Shown here one piece after another: positions 6,670-16,506 of a stretch of DNA of 64,000 nt. The position numbers and the translations under genes are program-made. The DNA is from an uncultured Bacteroides sp. (lineage in GTDB: Bacteria; Bacteroidota; Bacteroidia; Bacteroidales; GCA-2748055), in the NCBI GenBank assembly GCA_964604655.1, contig CAZRZY010000007.1:7204-71203 (forward strand), given 5' to 3'. Each line of letters begins with the position of its first letter. Position 1 is the first letter of the stretch. Under the pieces are notes generated by a model. The model had not been told where the DNA came from. It saw only the letters and a list, made by a program, of their open reading frames with translations, and did not search any database.

Positions 6670-9249
6670 TTAATGCACCACCAGCTCCCTAACTTCTGTC
6701 TCTCCATCCAGTATGATCCTGGCCAGGTAGATCCCTGCGGGCCACCCTTCCACGCTGAACTCGATCTGATGTTCGGCAGGCGCCAGGATTCTGGGTGCAG
6801 GAGCATGAACCTTCCTTCCCGATGCATCGAAAATTTCCATCCGGAATTCTGTCTCCTGATTCAACATCAGGCGCAGATGTGACTTTATAATAGCCGGATT
6901 GGGAAACAGCAGCAAATAATCGAAGGGGTTCAATTCCTGCTTGGGGAATCCGGTTCCCAGGTATGGAATTCCCTTCAGGGCTCTTCCCCGGGGATATTCC
7001 TTCCCCTCCCCGTCGAGCAGGTAGGCGGCCACCCAGTCGGGCCTTTCGGGAACTGTTTCCTCTGCGCCCCGGAAACGATCCTCCCAATCCTGGTCGGTGA
7101 GGCGTTCGAACCCTGCGGTCACATGCTGATGAAAGGCCGATACCGGTCCGGCAAATGCCATCAACTGTCCCGGATTGCAGGGATTCTCCGCCAGAACCAC
7201 TCCCATATCGATCTTTCCGTTCCCTACGTGCAACACCTTTCCAACCACGGCGCCGTTTAGTTCGGTAGGTTGTGTATGGACATCTGCCACCGTGAAATCC
7301 CACGTGAGACCCTTCGCCGGGTCGAAAAAAAGATCATTATACCAGCCGGATACGGAAGGCCCGGAAGCCATATATCCATGAATCATGGTCTTCAGAAAGG
7401 TGATCTCCGTCTCATTCAGCGTACGGCCCTCCAGCTCCTTGTTGGCAACGGACTCCAGCTTAGCCATCAGCTCTTCATAGCGGTCATAGTAGGCAATGAT
7501 CCGCTCCCCGGCCGCTAAGGGAATTCCGTCCAGCACCTCTCTGAAAAAGCCGGCTGCATTTCCGGCAAATTCTTTTAGCCTGTTGTAAAACTCCGGGCAG
7601 GGTTCTACGTACGTGTACGGATAGGAGCAACCGGTACCGCCCGTGTAGGATTGCTTTCCATACAGGATATTGTCATGCCGGAGCTGCGCCCAGGAGGTCA
7701 ATTGTGTATTGAGTTTCTGATGATGCCAACCCGTAGTCTTCATAAAAAATGGAAGACCGGTAGCTGACACGGGAGGATTCAGGCTCCGTATGGCTCCCAG
7801 CCAGGTGTTGTATAAGGATTGTTCCCAGAATTCCTCATCGTATGCCTCGATCAGGTATTTCAGGCCGGCCATTTTGGCGGAATATTTATATTCGCTTAAT
7901 TCATTCTCCAGCAGGGCCAGGGCATCTTCATTGCCCAGTGCTGCCATCGCATCCAGGGGATCGGGAAGCGGCCGCCATATCTTTTTTCCCTCAAAAATGA
8001 TACGGTCGAACACCACCTCACTGAACACGTAGGAATCGATCAGGAATTTCTGTCCCAGCAATTTGAAAGAAACAGGCAGTTTCCCCGGGTCCGAACTGAA
8101 GGGATCGACGAAAAAGAAATTGGACATGATCTTTTGCCCGTAATCATCCGAAGCATTGAGCCTGTCCTTAAAACTACCGAATTGTTCCGGGTCGAACAGA
8201 TCGGTCGGATCTTCGAGTGTCTGTTCGAACAGGGATTGAAGTTCTCCGGAGGTCAGGTTATCATCCGGTCCGACCAGAAAGGTAATGATCTGTTCATGCT
8301 TTTCCAGGTTATCCCGCATGCCCGACCCGTATAAAAGCTGGTTCAACAGCAAAGCACCCAGTTGCATTCTTCTCAACTCCTCATCCGTCCAATTGCTTTC
8401 CCAAGGATTTTGAGGGGGGGCCGTCATCAGAAAATCGATCCTTCCGAGCCACATCATTGCCCTGAAATAGTCCTCGAGGGTGGCGATACCATCCGGTGTA
8501 TAGAACGCCCTGTTATAGTGTCCCCTGGGAGTAAACTGGCTGAAATCGAGCTTTCTGTTTCGCCCATCGGTGAAAAGGGGCATGTAGGTCATCTGTTCAC
8601 TCTCCACAGCCTCCATCACTTCCTCAAAGGTCTCTATAGAACCATATTGGGGTGCATATGTTGCACCTTCCGACAGAGAGAGGGCTACTGATACATACAG
8701 GTCCACATCCTCCAGCACCTTTACAAAACGTTGATCACCGCCGTAAGATTCCGCCAGCTGCGGAAACTGCCCATAAAGGGCATGCAAAAGCTCTTTCAGG
8801 TTGGGCTCCAGGAATTGCCATTCCAGTGTCTGTAGTATCGCATCGTAGGAGTTGTGCAGGGTGGAGAGTATGAAATCAGTGCTGAGGAACAACGGCATGT
8901 CGGCACTGTAGAGACCAATAAATGCACTGGCCCAATCATACGATGCCAGCCTTTCTGTCACCATAAAATGATTTCTCTGCAGCATCTGCTTTTCCTCCAT
9001 GGTGAAGGAGTATCGCTGATCCAGTGAATCAAACCAGGGGATCGAGGAAAGCCCGGTGGGATATTCCCTGTAGCTGTAGTAGGTGTATTGCGGTGGATAG
9101 GATTGTAGCAGCGCTTCTGCAGAAAGATCCCGGGATTCCTGAAGAAATTGCATATAGGTATCTGGTGAGAAACCGGACTGACCCATTGCCGGGAACCCGG
9201 GTATCAGAAAAATGCAGAGCGTGAGTGCGAGGGTATATCTGAGTTTCAT
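6670..9249 (-). CDS. Large secreted protein (possibly DUF3160 family) with a T9SS C-terminal sorting domain
   Basis: It has a signal peptide (MKLRYTLALTLCIFLIPGFPAMG). The C-terminal roughly 80 aa fit a T9SS CTD (LLFPNPA..MEIFDASGRKV..GIYLARI). The DUF3160 assignment is from memory only. Confidence 0.75.
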   Translation of the reverse strand: MKLRYTLALTLCIFLIPGFPAMGQSGFSPDTYMQFLQESRDLSAEALLQSYPPQYTYYSYREYPTGLSSIPWFDSLDQRYSFTMEEKQMLQRNHFMVTERLASYDWASAFIGLYSADMPLFLSTDFILSTLHNSYDAILQTLEWQFLEPNLKELLHALYGQFPQLAESYGGDQRFVKVLEDVDLYVSVALSLSEGATYAPQYGSIETFEEVMEAVESEQMTYMPLFTDGRNRKLDFSQFTPRGHYNRAFYTPDGIATLEDYFRAMMWLGRIDFLMTAPPQNPWESNWTDEELRRMQLGALLLNQLLYGSGMRDNLEKHEQIITFLVGPDDNLTSGELQSLFEQTLEDPTDLFDPEQFGSFKDRLNASDDYGQKIMSNFFFVDPFSSDPGKLPVSFKLLGQKFLIDSYVFSEVVFDRIIFEGKKIWRPLPDPLDAMAALGNEDALALLENELSEYKYSAKMAGLKYLIEAYDEEFWEQSLYNTWLGAIRSLNPPVSATGLPFFMKTTGWHHQKLNTQLTSWAQLRHDNILYGKQSYTGGTGCSYPYTYVEPCPEFYNRLKEFAGNAAGFFREVLDGIPLAAGERIIAYYDRYEELMAKLESVANKELEGRTLNETEITFLKTMIHGYMASGPSVSGWYNDLFFDPAKGLTWDFTVADVHTQPTELNGAVVGKVLHVGNGKIDMGVVLAENPCNPGQLMAFAGPVSAFHQHVTAGFERLTDQDWEDRFRGAEETVPERPDWVAAYLLDGEGKEYPRGRALKGIPYLGTGFPKQELNPFDYLLLFPNPAIIKSHLRLMLNQETEFRMEIFDASGRKVHAPAPRILAPAEHQIEFSVEGWPAGIYLARIILDGETEVRELVVH

Positions 9250-9449
9250 AAGGTCAGGTTTTTTACAAGTTACAGGTTTTCAGAAAACCGTTTTCCATAG
9301 GATGTCCGCAAAGTGAAAATGGTTGCGCATCCTGAAGATCGGCAGTATCCCGTAAAATTCCGTAAAAAGCCTTAATTTTGATCATAACCGGTTGCATCCG
9401 TTCTCACATTTTTTCAGATGTATGGAGGTGTAACGGAAAATCACAACGG

Positions 9450-9830
9450 ATGAAAGAGATCCATTCCTATTATCGCATCAAGGGTACTCCGGCAGAGATC
9501 TACTCAGCACTCACCAATCCTTTCTCAATCACCCTCTGGTCCGGAGGTGAGGCCAGGATTCAGGAGGAACCGGGTACCGAATTCTCCCTCTTTGACGGTG
9601 ATATCGAGGGCATGAACCTGTCATTTGAGAAGGATCATCAAATTGTACAGGAGTGGTATTTCGGCGACCAGGATGAAAAGTCCATCGTCACTATCACACT
9701 TCGGCCCGACCGGCATTTCACGAAAATTGAACTCCATCATACCAATATTCCCGATGAAGCTTACGAAGACATGGCCCATGGATGGGATAACTACTACTTC
9801 GGAGGGCTAAAAGAGTTTTTCGAAAAATAG
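9450..9830 (+). CDS. SRPBCC/Aha1-like (START-fold) protein
   Basis: The sequence MKEIHSYYRIKGTPAEIYSALTNP..ITLW...HGWDNYYFGGLKEFF is typical of the AHSA1 family. I prefer the internal ATG 9450 to the ORF-track start 9378. Confidence 0.8.
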   Translation: MKEIHSYYRIKGTPAEIYSALTNPFSITLWSGGEARIQEEPGTEFSLFDGDIEGMNLSFEKDHQIVQEWYFGDQDEKSIVTITLRPDRHFTKIELHHTNIPDEAYEDMAHGWDNYYFGGLKEFFEK

Positions 9831-9835
9831 GACAC

Positions 9836-12800
9836 ATGCCATTCAGGAAGTTCTTCTGGGTCATTTCACTGCTCCTTGCGACGGTCACCATATGGGCCAG
9901 GACCCTGGAAGATATCAAACGAAGCGGAAAGATCTACGTTGCATTTACCTTCGATGATCTGAATAATATCAACTACGATCTTGCGCTGGAATTCGCCCGC
10001 TATCTGAATGTGGAACTGATCAAGGTGGAAATTTCCTGGGAGGAGGTCTTTATGAAAGACGGGGTGATCCCTCCCGGTCTGGAAACAGATCCGGATATTC
10101 GATTTACTCCCGATGCCCTGAAAAAAGCGGATATCATCTGCTCCACATTTACCATTCTGGAATGGCGAAAGAAACTGTTCAGTTTTGCCAGGACCCTTCA
10201 ATCGGCTGAACTCCTGATGGTGGGGAAAGATGAACCAATCCCGGAAAAATTCGGGGACTTGTCCGGCAAGCGGATTGCATTTGTGGGATCCACCACCTTT
10301 GAACAGCACCTGGAGGAGATCAATGCCACCCTGGAGGTCAAAATGGAACTGGTACCCACCAAAAGCAGTGCAGAAACACGACAGCTCCTGCTCAGCGGAA
10401 ACGTCAACGGGATCGTACTTGACGCCGATGAGGCGCTGGATTTTACCGCCAGCAGCGGCCGGGAATTCAGGATTGCATTTCCCATCAGTGAAATCACCAG
10501 GACTGCCTGGGCCGTGGAGAAAAACAATCCACTGGCCTCAGAAGTGGAAAACTTTATGGAGACCATCATCAGCAATGGTGTCCTGGATGCCATCTTTTAC
10601 AGGGAATTCGGTATTACCTACTCCTCTTACACCGATCGTCTGAGTAAAAATCTGAAACTGGAAATATATCACCGGAGCCTGGAGGAGATCCTGGCTTCCG
10701 GAAAACTGGTGGTGGCCCTGAGGGACCGGAATTTTGTTTACCGGCAAAACGGGCAGAAACAATTTATGCATGCGCTGGCCGAGGAGTTCGCCGACCACCT
10801 GGGTGTCAGCCTTGAGTTCGTGGTCACCCCTTACTTTGAAAAATATTGGGAAACGGCTGATGGAAGGGTCGTCCGGGATTCTTCCTATACCCCCGACTGG
10901 TTTTACTATTTCGATCTGGCGTGTGAAGTGTTCGCACCCCTGGAATGGAGGACACGGAAAATTGACATGGTCCCGGTTTATCCATCGGCTTATGCAGTCA
11001 TCGCCCGGAAAGATACCGAGATCAATTCCCTGGAAGACCTGGAGGAGATGAAAGGGGTAACAGGCAGCAAAACTGTCTATGAAGATATCCTTCAACAAAA
11101 CGGCATTACCCATTACTACTATGAAGAGTTCAACCAGTTTATCCCCGATGTAGCTTCAGGAAAGGCCGATTATACCATTGTCTATGATGCCTTTTATGAA
11201 CTCTCCGCCTTCCCCGAACTGGAGGTCAAGCTGGAGTTGGGAGAGCTGGAGGTCAGCTGGGGACTGCGCAAGGACCAGCCCGAACTTGAAAGGGAGGTCC
11301 GGGATTTTATGACCCGGTCGCGGGAAAAGGGGCTCATCGGAATCCTGCTGAAAGCTCTTGGCGGCAAGGCCCTGCAGACTCCTGAGGCATTCCTCCATAG
11401 CTATTATGAGAGCTTTCAGACCGGTCATCTCCCATATGTTAACTATGGAGCCGAAGATGGCCTGCCTCAGGAGGACATCTTTTCTATCTTCCAGGATCGG
11501 AAGGGGTATCTCTGGTTTGGAACGAATTCCGGAGCTGTACGATACAACGGCAGGGATATGGTGGTTTTTGATGAGTTAAACGGGCTTCCGGGTAATTCTG
11601 TCAGGGATATTCAACAGGACAGCAGCGGGACACTCTATTTTGCGACCACCAGCGGGGTAGCCAAATTCAGGGAAGACACCACGGTTGAAATTCTGTTCGA
11701 AGGAATACCTTTCCAGAGGATTTATATTGATTCACAGGACCGTCGATGGCTGATTGGCAGCGATGGAGTATATATGGAAGATCCGGAAGGTGCCATCAGG
11801 TTCATCAATGCAGAATTCCCGCTCCTGCCGGAGGTGGTGTATCATATAACCGAGGACCCCTCCACCGGAAACCTCCTGATGGCCACCCTCTCAGGAGTAT
11901 TCCTGTATGATCCTGTAAAAGAGATCGTCCGGCAGCTGAGTGATACCGACAGCTATTCACTCTACATCGATCCCAATGACTCGATATGGATCTCCACCCG
12001 GGAAGGATTGCTCATTACCCATAAGGAAGACCTGATGTTCCCGGGTAAGACTTCAGAAATCAGCAACCTGAACAAAAGGCTTCTGTTCCCCGTGCAGATT
12101 ATCTCCAGCATCATCTCCAATAAGTATGGGGCCGTATGGCTGGTCACCGATTCCCGGATCATCCAGGTGCTCTCCACCGATCAGGAACCCATTATTTACG
12201 AGCAGGAGATCGGCATAAAAAACAACAAAATCCTCTCTTTCCTGATAGACAGGGAGGATAACCTCTGGATAGGCTTCTCGGGAGGATTGCAGAGACTCAC
12301 CAACAGGAAAGGCCTGAGGAATTTCTACCCGACTACTATTAATAGTTACATCTACTCCGTATTCCAGGATGAAGAGGGGAGGATCTGGATCGCCTCCGAC
12401 AATGGTATTTTCTATTTACAGGAGGATCAGCTTGTCAATTTCACATCCCGGACAGGAGACGGGAACAGTCAATTTGCCGGAACCCTTCTTCCCAACGGGA
12501 ACATCCTTCTGGCCAGCAACAAAGGATTGATCGAGGTAGATCAGCGGGATCTGCAGATTCTTCGACGCGTGGAGTTCGGCCAGGTAACACACAGCCTGGA
12601 GAATGTCTTTGCCGCTTCTTCGGGAGAAATCTTCCTGATGACGGGAATCAGCGGAGTGATCTATTACTTTCCATACATGGGAGCTGACCCGGTAGAATTG
12701 AAAAACCGGTTCACGGCAAACATTTATCAGCTCCTGGAGTATCACGGAAAAGTGGTCGGTGGGAACAGTACAGGATTCGTGGCCTTTAACGGGAATGACT

Positions 12801-14491
12801 TTGTGCAGCTGCAGGAGACCCCTTGCAGGGTATGGTCGCTTCATCGTCAGGGAAACGATATTTGGGTAGGGACCGATTGCGGAATAGGCAGAATCAGGGA
12901 GGGCCGGTTTGACCAGCTGGAACTGTTCCGGCTCGAACAGAACCTGGTGATCAAATCGATCGTTCAGGCCAATAACAGAAACTACCTGTGGCTTGGGACC
13001 AATAAAGGCTTTGGATATTTCCACATGGAGAGAAGGGAGTTTGAATTTATCATCAGTACCAGAGATGGTCTGAGCGGTGATGAAATCTCTCCCGAAGGAC
13101 TTTTCCTCGATCAGAATGATATACTCTGGATCGGAACCTACCATGGCCTTTCCAATTTCAACATACGGGCAAAATCCACCATCAATTATGCTCCTGTTTG
13201 CTATATCGAGAAGCTCTTTCTCAACGGTGAACAGATAGAGGCTGAAACAGGACAGGTTTTTCCGCACGACAAAAACAACTTTGTCTTTGAGATCAATGCA
13301 CTATCCTTTTCGGACGAAGCTTCGGTAGAATATGAGTATTACCTGCGGGGAACGGGGAATAACTACTCATCTTACCACCGGGGAAGTGAATACAGGGCTT
13401 ATTACAATAACCTGCCTCCCGGTACGTATGAATTTGTATATAAGGCCAAAGGTAAGAACAATATCTGGGGATACGCCGAGAAATTCGAGTTCACCATTCG
13501 TAAGGCATGGCACCAAACCTGGCTGTTCCGTATGGTTCTCGTTATGTTCTTCCTGCTGGCCATTTACCTCTTCTATATCATCCGGATGAGCACCCTGAAA
13601 GCTCAGAAACAGAGACTGGAAGAACAGGTGCGGGAACGTACACATGAACTGGAGGTGGCCAATACCGAGATTGAAGCGCAAAGAGATTTTGCCCGTTACC
13701 AGAGAGATCAGATCTCCCTTCAGAAGAAGGCAATTATGGACAGCATCCAGTATGCGCAGACGATCCAGAATTCGTTGCTTCCTTCGCAGGTGGTCATGAA
13801 AGAAATCCTGCCTGAACATTTCATACTTTTCAAGCCCAGGGACATTGTGAGCGGTGATTTCTACTGGATCAGCGATCATCTGCAGCATTTCTATCTGGCA
13901 GTTTCCGATTGTACCGGACACGGCGTACCGGGGGCCTTCATGAGTATGCTCGGGATGACCTTTTTAAATGAGATTATAGGAAAACAGCCTGGAATTGACC
14001 CGGACGAGTTACTGAACGAACTGAGGAGCAGGATCATCCAGACCCTGCATCAGGAAGGGGAACCGGGTACAGCAAGGGACGGAATGGATATGGTCATCTT
14101 CAGGTTCCACAGGGGAAGCGGGATCCTGTCATTCGCAGGAGCGAACAATCCCCTCTATCTCATACGGGACGACGAATTGAAAGAGTTCAAAAACGATAAG
14201 ATGCCCGTTTCCATTCATGATATCATGAAGCCATACCGGCAACAGGCCATCGATATTCAACCGGGTGACTGTGTCTACCTCTTCTCTGACGGATATGCCG
14301 ACCAGTTTGGAGGACCCGATGGAAAGAAGATGAAATACAGAGCTTTTAAAAAGCTCATTCTTGACTCATCCGGACAACCTATGGCAAAACAGAAAACCCT
14401 TCTGAACAGTGCCTTCGAGGAGTGGAGGAGAGACCTGGAGCAGATCGATGATGTCACCGTATTCGGTATTCGTTTCCCGGAAAAGTCATGA
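9836..14491 (+). CDS. Multidomain sensor: two SBP-family-3-like domains, a Reg_prop beta-propeller with Y_Y_Y domain, a TM helix, a coiled coil and a PP2C/SpoIIE phosphatase
   Basis: Propeller repeats are visible (GYLWFGTNSGAVRY, NLWIGFSGGLQRL, ILWIGTYHGLSNF). The Y_Y_Y motif is VEYEYYL..YNNLPPGTYEFVYKA and the TM helix is LFRMVLVMFFLLAIYLFYII. PP2C motifs are SGDFYW, DCTGHGVPGA, DGMD, SDGYADQ and DDVTVFGIRF. Confidence 0.9.
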   Translation: MPFRKFFWVISLLLATVTIWARTLEDIKRSGKIYVAFTFDDLNNINYDLALEFARYLNVELIKVEISWEEVFMKDGVIPPGLETDPDIRFTPDALKKADIICSTFTILEWRKKLFSFARTLQSAELLMVGKDEPIPEKFGDLSGKRIAFVGSTTFEQHLEEINATLEVKMELVPTKSSAETRQLLLSGNVNGIVLDADEALDFTASSGREFRIAFPISEITRTAWAVEKNNPLASEVENFMETIISNGVLDAIFYREFGITYSSYTDRLSKNLKLEIYHRSLEEILASGKLVVALRDRNFVYRQNGQKQFMHALAEEFADHLGVSLEFVVTPYFEKYWETADGRVVRDSSYTPDWFYYFDLACEVFAPLEWRTRKIDMVPVYPSAYAVIARKDTEINSLEDLEEMKGVTGSKTVYEDILQQNGITHYYYEEFNQFIPDVASGKADYTIVYDAFYELSAFPELEVKLELGELEVSWGLRKDQPELEREVRDFMTRSREKGLIGILLKALGGKALQTPEAFLHSYYESFQTGHLPYVNYGAEDGLPQEDIFSIFQDRKGYLWFGTNSGAVRYNGRDMVVFDELNGLPGNSVRDIQQDSSGTLYFATTSGVAKFREDTTVEILFEGIPFQRIYIDSQDRRWLIGSDGVYMEDPEGAIRFINAEFPLLPEVVYHITEDPSTGNLLMATLSGVFLYDPVKEIVRQLSDTDSYSLYIDPNDSIWISTREGLLITHKEDLMFPGKTSEISNLNKRLLFPVQIISSIISNKYGAVWLVTDSRIIQVLSTDQEPIIYEQEIGIKNNKILSFLIDREDNLWIGFSGGLQRLTNRKGLRNFYPTTINSYIYSVFQDEEGRIWIASDNGIFYLQEDQLVNFTSRTGDGNSQFAGTLLPNGNILLASNKGLIEVDQRDLQILRRVEFGQVTHSLENVFAASSGEIFLMTGISGVIYYFPYMGADPVELKNRFTANIYQLLEYHGKVVGGNSTGFVAFNGNDFVQLQETPCRVWSLHRQGNDIWVGTDCGIGRIREGRFDQLELFRLEQNLVIKSIVQANNRNYLWLGTNKGFGYFHMERREFEFIISTRDGLSGDEISPEGLFLDQNDILWIGTYHGLSNFNIRAKSTINYAPVCYIEKLFLNGEQIEAETGQVFPHDKNNFVFEINALSFSDEASVEYEYYLRGTGNNYSSYHRGSEYRAYYNNLPPGTYEFVYKAKGKNNIWGYAEKFEFTIRKAWHQTWLFRMVLVMFFLLAIYLFYIIRMSTLKAQKQRLEEQVRERTHELEVANTEIEAQRDFARYQRDQISLQKKAIMDSIQYAQTIQNSLLPSQVVMKEILPEHFILFKPRDIVSGDFYWISDHLQHFYLAVSDCTGHGVPGAFMSMLGMTFLNEIIGKQPGIDPDELLNELRSRIIQTLHQEGEPGTARDGMDMVIFRFHRGSGILSFAGANNPLYLIRDDELKEFKNDKMPVSIHDIMKPYRQQAIDIQPGDCVYLFSDGYADQFGGPDGKKMKYRAFKKLILDSSGQPMAKQKTLLNSAFEEWRRDLEQIDDVTVFGIRFPEKS

Positions 14492-14578
14492 TCGGGGGGC
14501 TGTAACTTATCTTGCCTCTGCTCCGTCTTACTTCCGAAATCAAAGCCTGATCATTCTAGAAACGAAAATTTTAACCGC

Positions 14579-15673
14579 ATGAAAACAATATGTGCTCTAT
14601 TGATGGGATCCCTGCTCTGGATCCCTTTCTATGCCCAGGAGATTCCGGTGAACGGGAATGAACCGGAAGCTGTCGAAGAGCAAGAAGCTCCGGAAGCTGT
14701 CGAAGAGCAAGAAGCTCCGGAAGTTCCTGAAGCCGTTGAATCAATGGAGGAAATCGAAGTGCAGGAAACTCCTGAAATCGCAGAGCTGCACGACACCGTT
14801 AAGGTCCTTAAGAGAGTGGAAACCATCGAAACTCCCGAAAAGACCAGGGTGACCCTGGGACAGAATGAAGTCCTTATAGTGGAAGAGAATGGTGACACCC
14901 TAAAAGTGAAACTCGGTCAGCGTGGAATTCGCATAGTGGAAGGAGAGGAGGGGACCGAGATTAATGTGATTGACATGGATGAAGAGAAGGAGGATAATGC
15001 GGAGAGAAGCGGTTCCGAAAAAAGGAAGAAAAAGTTCAAGCCTCATTTTGCAGGCCTGGAACTGGGACTGAATAATTATGTGACCCCCGGCTTCAGCCTT
15101 ACCCTTCCGGAGGATGAGCGGTTCATGAACCTCAACACCGGCAGGTCCTGGAACTGGAACCTGAACTTCCTTCAGTACGGATTCGGCCTGGGTACCGACA
15201 AGGTAGGCCTGGCAACGGGCCTGGGCTTCGAATGGATCAACTACAATTTCGAGCGGCAGAACAGCATCCGTAAAGACCCGGATACCGGAATCATTGTTGA
15301 ATATGTTCCTGAATACGCCGGCAGGATCACCAAATCGAAGATGAACATAACGTACCTTAACGCTCCCCTGCTGCTTGAATTCCAGATTCCTGCAGGAAAG
15401 AAAAGGATTCATATTTCCGGAGGGGTGATCGGAGGGATCAAACTGTGGTCCAACACCAAGATGAAGTATACCGAAGAAGGCCAGAAATCGAAAGAAAAAG
15501 CCAAAGGAGACTACCACCTGAACCCTTTGCGCTGGGGAGTCACCGCACGTGTGGGATACCGGGCACTGAACCTCTATGCCAACTATTATATGATGCCCCT
15601 CTTTAAAGAGGATATGGGACCAGAGCTTTATCCGTTCAGTATCGGCCTGGTGCTGATCCCCTTCTCCAATTAA
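14579..15673 (+). CDS. Outer-membrane beta-barrel protein with an acidic repeat-containing N-terminal region
   Basis: It has a signal peptide and EAVEEQEAP repeats. The C-terminal half has alternating beta-strand character (GLELGLNNY, GLGFEWINYNF, ARVGYRALNLYANYYM). Confidence 0.8.
   Translation: MKTICALLMGSLLWIPFYAQEIPVNGNEPEAVEEQEAPEAVEEQEAPEVPEAVESMEEIEVQETPEIAELHDTVKVLKRVETIETPEKTRVTLGQNEVLIVEENGDTLKVKLGQRGIRIVEGEEGTEINVIDMDEEKEDNAERSGSEKRKKKFKPHFAGLELGLNNYVTPGFSLTLPEDERFMNLNTGRSWNWNLNFLQYGFGLGTDKVGLATGLGFEWINYNFERQNSIRKDPDTGIIVEYVPEYAGRITKSKMNITYLNAPLLLEFQIPAGKKRIHISGGVIGGIKLWSNTKMKYTEEGQKSKEKAKGDYHLNPLRWGVTARVGYRALNLYANYYMMPLFKEDMGPELYPFSIGLVLIPFSN
14663..14716 (+). repeat. Perfect 27-bp tandem duplication inside a CDS
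   Basis: The unit ccggaagctgtcgaagagcaagaagct occurs twice, followed by a degenerate third copy. It encodes (P)EAVEEQEA twice. Confidence 0.9.
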
Positions 15674-15700
15674 ACCCATCATCCACCACTCTGCCGTGGG

Positions 15701-15742
15701 ATCGGTCGGATCAGGTATTTGCCTGGCCGGCCGATTTTTTTG
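15701..15742 (+). terminator. Rho-independent terminator
   Basis: The stem pairs atcggtcgg..cagg with cctg..ccggccgat (one G-U pair) around the loop tatttg, followed by T7 at 15736-15742. Confidence 0.7.
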
Positions 15743-15797
15743 TCAAATGGAAGCACGGATAAAATATTAACTTTGTCCTGAACACAAAAGCCATCTA

Positions 15798-16505
15798 ATG
15801 AGACTTCTATTAATCAGTAATTCTACAAAACCGGGAGAGCCCTATCTGGATTATCCCAAGCAACAGATTGCCGATTTTCTGGGGAGCAGCCCCAGGGAGT
15901 GCCTCTTCCTTCCCTACGCCGCAGTGACCTTTAGTTTCGACGATTACGAGAAAAAGGTCCGTGAACGGTTCGAAGAGGTTGGTCACCGTATCACTTCCAT
16001 CCATCACGCCAATGACCCGGCATCAGCAGTTCGTTCGGCCGATGCCATCGTCGTGGGAGGTGGAAATACTTTTCAGCTCATTAAGATGATCCATGAAAAC
16101 CACCTGACCGAAGCGGTCAGGGAAAAAGTGCTTGGCGGAACACCCTACATCGGTTGGAGCGCAGGCAGCAATGTGGCCTGCCCTTCCATCCGGACCTCCA
16201 ATGACATGCCGATCCTTGAACCCCCCAGCTTCCAGGCGTTCGCATTGGTCCCGTTTCAGATCAACCCGCACTACACCGATCTCCACCCTCCCGGTCATGC
16301 CGGTGAGACCAGGGAAGACAGAATCATGGAATACCTGGCCGCCAACCAGGGTGATACCGTGCTCGGTCTCAGAGAAGGATGTATGTTCAGGGTGGAAGAC
16401 AGGAAGATGGTCCTGATCGGAGACCATTCGGTAAGGTTGTTCCGTTATGCAGAATCTCCGGTGGAACTGCACCATCGGCACGATTTTAGTGAATTCCTGA
16501 ACTGA
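15798..16505 (+). CDS. pepE: Dipeptidase E (peptidase S51)
   Basis: It matches the PepE pattern at MRLLLISNST..GGGNTFQL..GWSAGSN and is 235 aa. Confidence 0.88.
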   Translation: MRLLLISNSTKPGEPYLDYPKQQIADFLGSSPRECLFLPYAAVTFSFDDYEKKVRERFEEVGHRITSIHHANDPASAVRSADAIVVGGGNTFQLIKMIHENHLTEAVREKVLGGTPYIGWSAGSNVACPSIRTSNDMPILEPPSFQAFALVPFQINPHYTDLHPPGHAGETREDRIMEYLAANQGDTVLGLREGCMFRVEDRKMVLIGDHSVRLFRYAESPVELHHRHDFSEFLN

Positions 16506-16506
16506 A

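Noticed and set aside
6665-6678. The perfect palindrome GTGCATTAATGCAC at the convergent junction, considered as a terminator.
   Set aside because: The stem is only 6 bp with a 2-nt loop, there is no U-tract, and half of it is simply the last codons (V-H-stop) of the T9SS protein gene.
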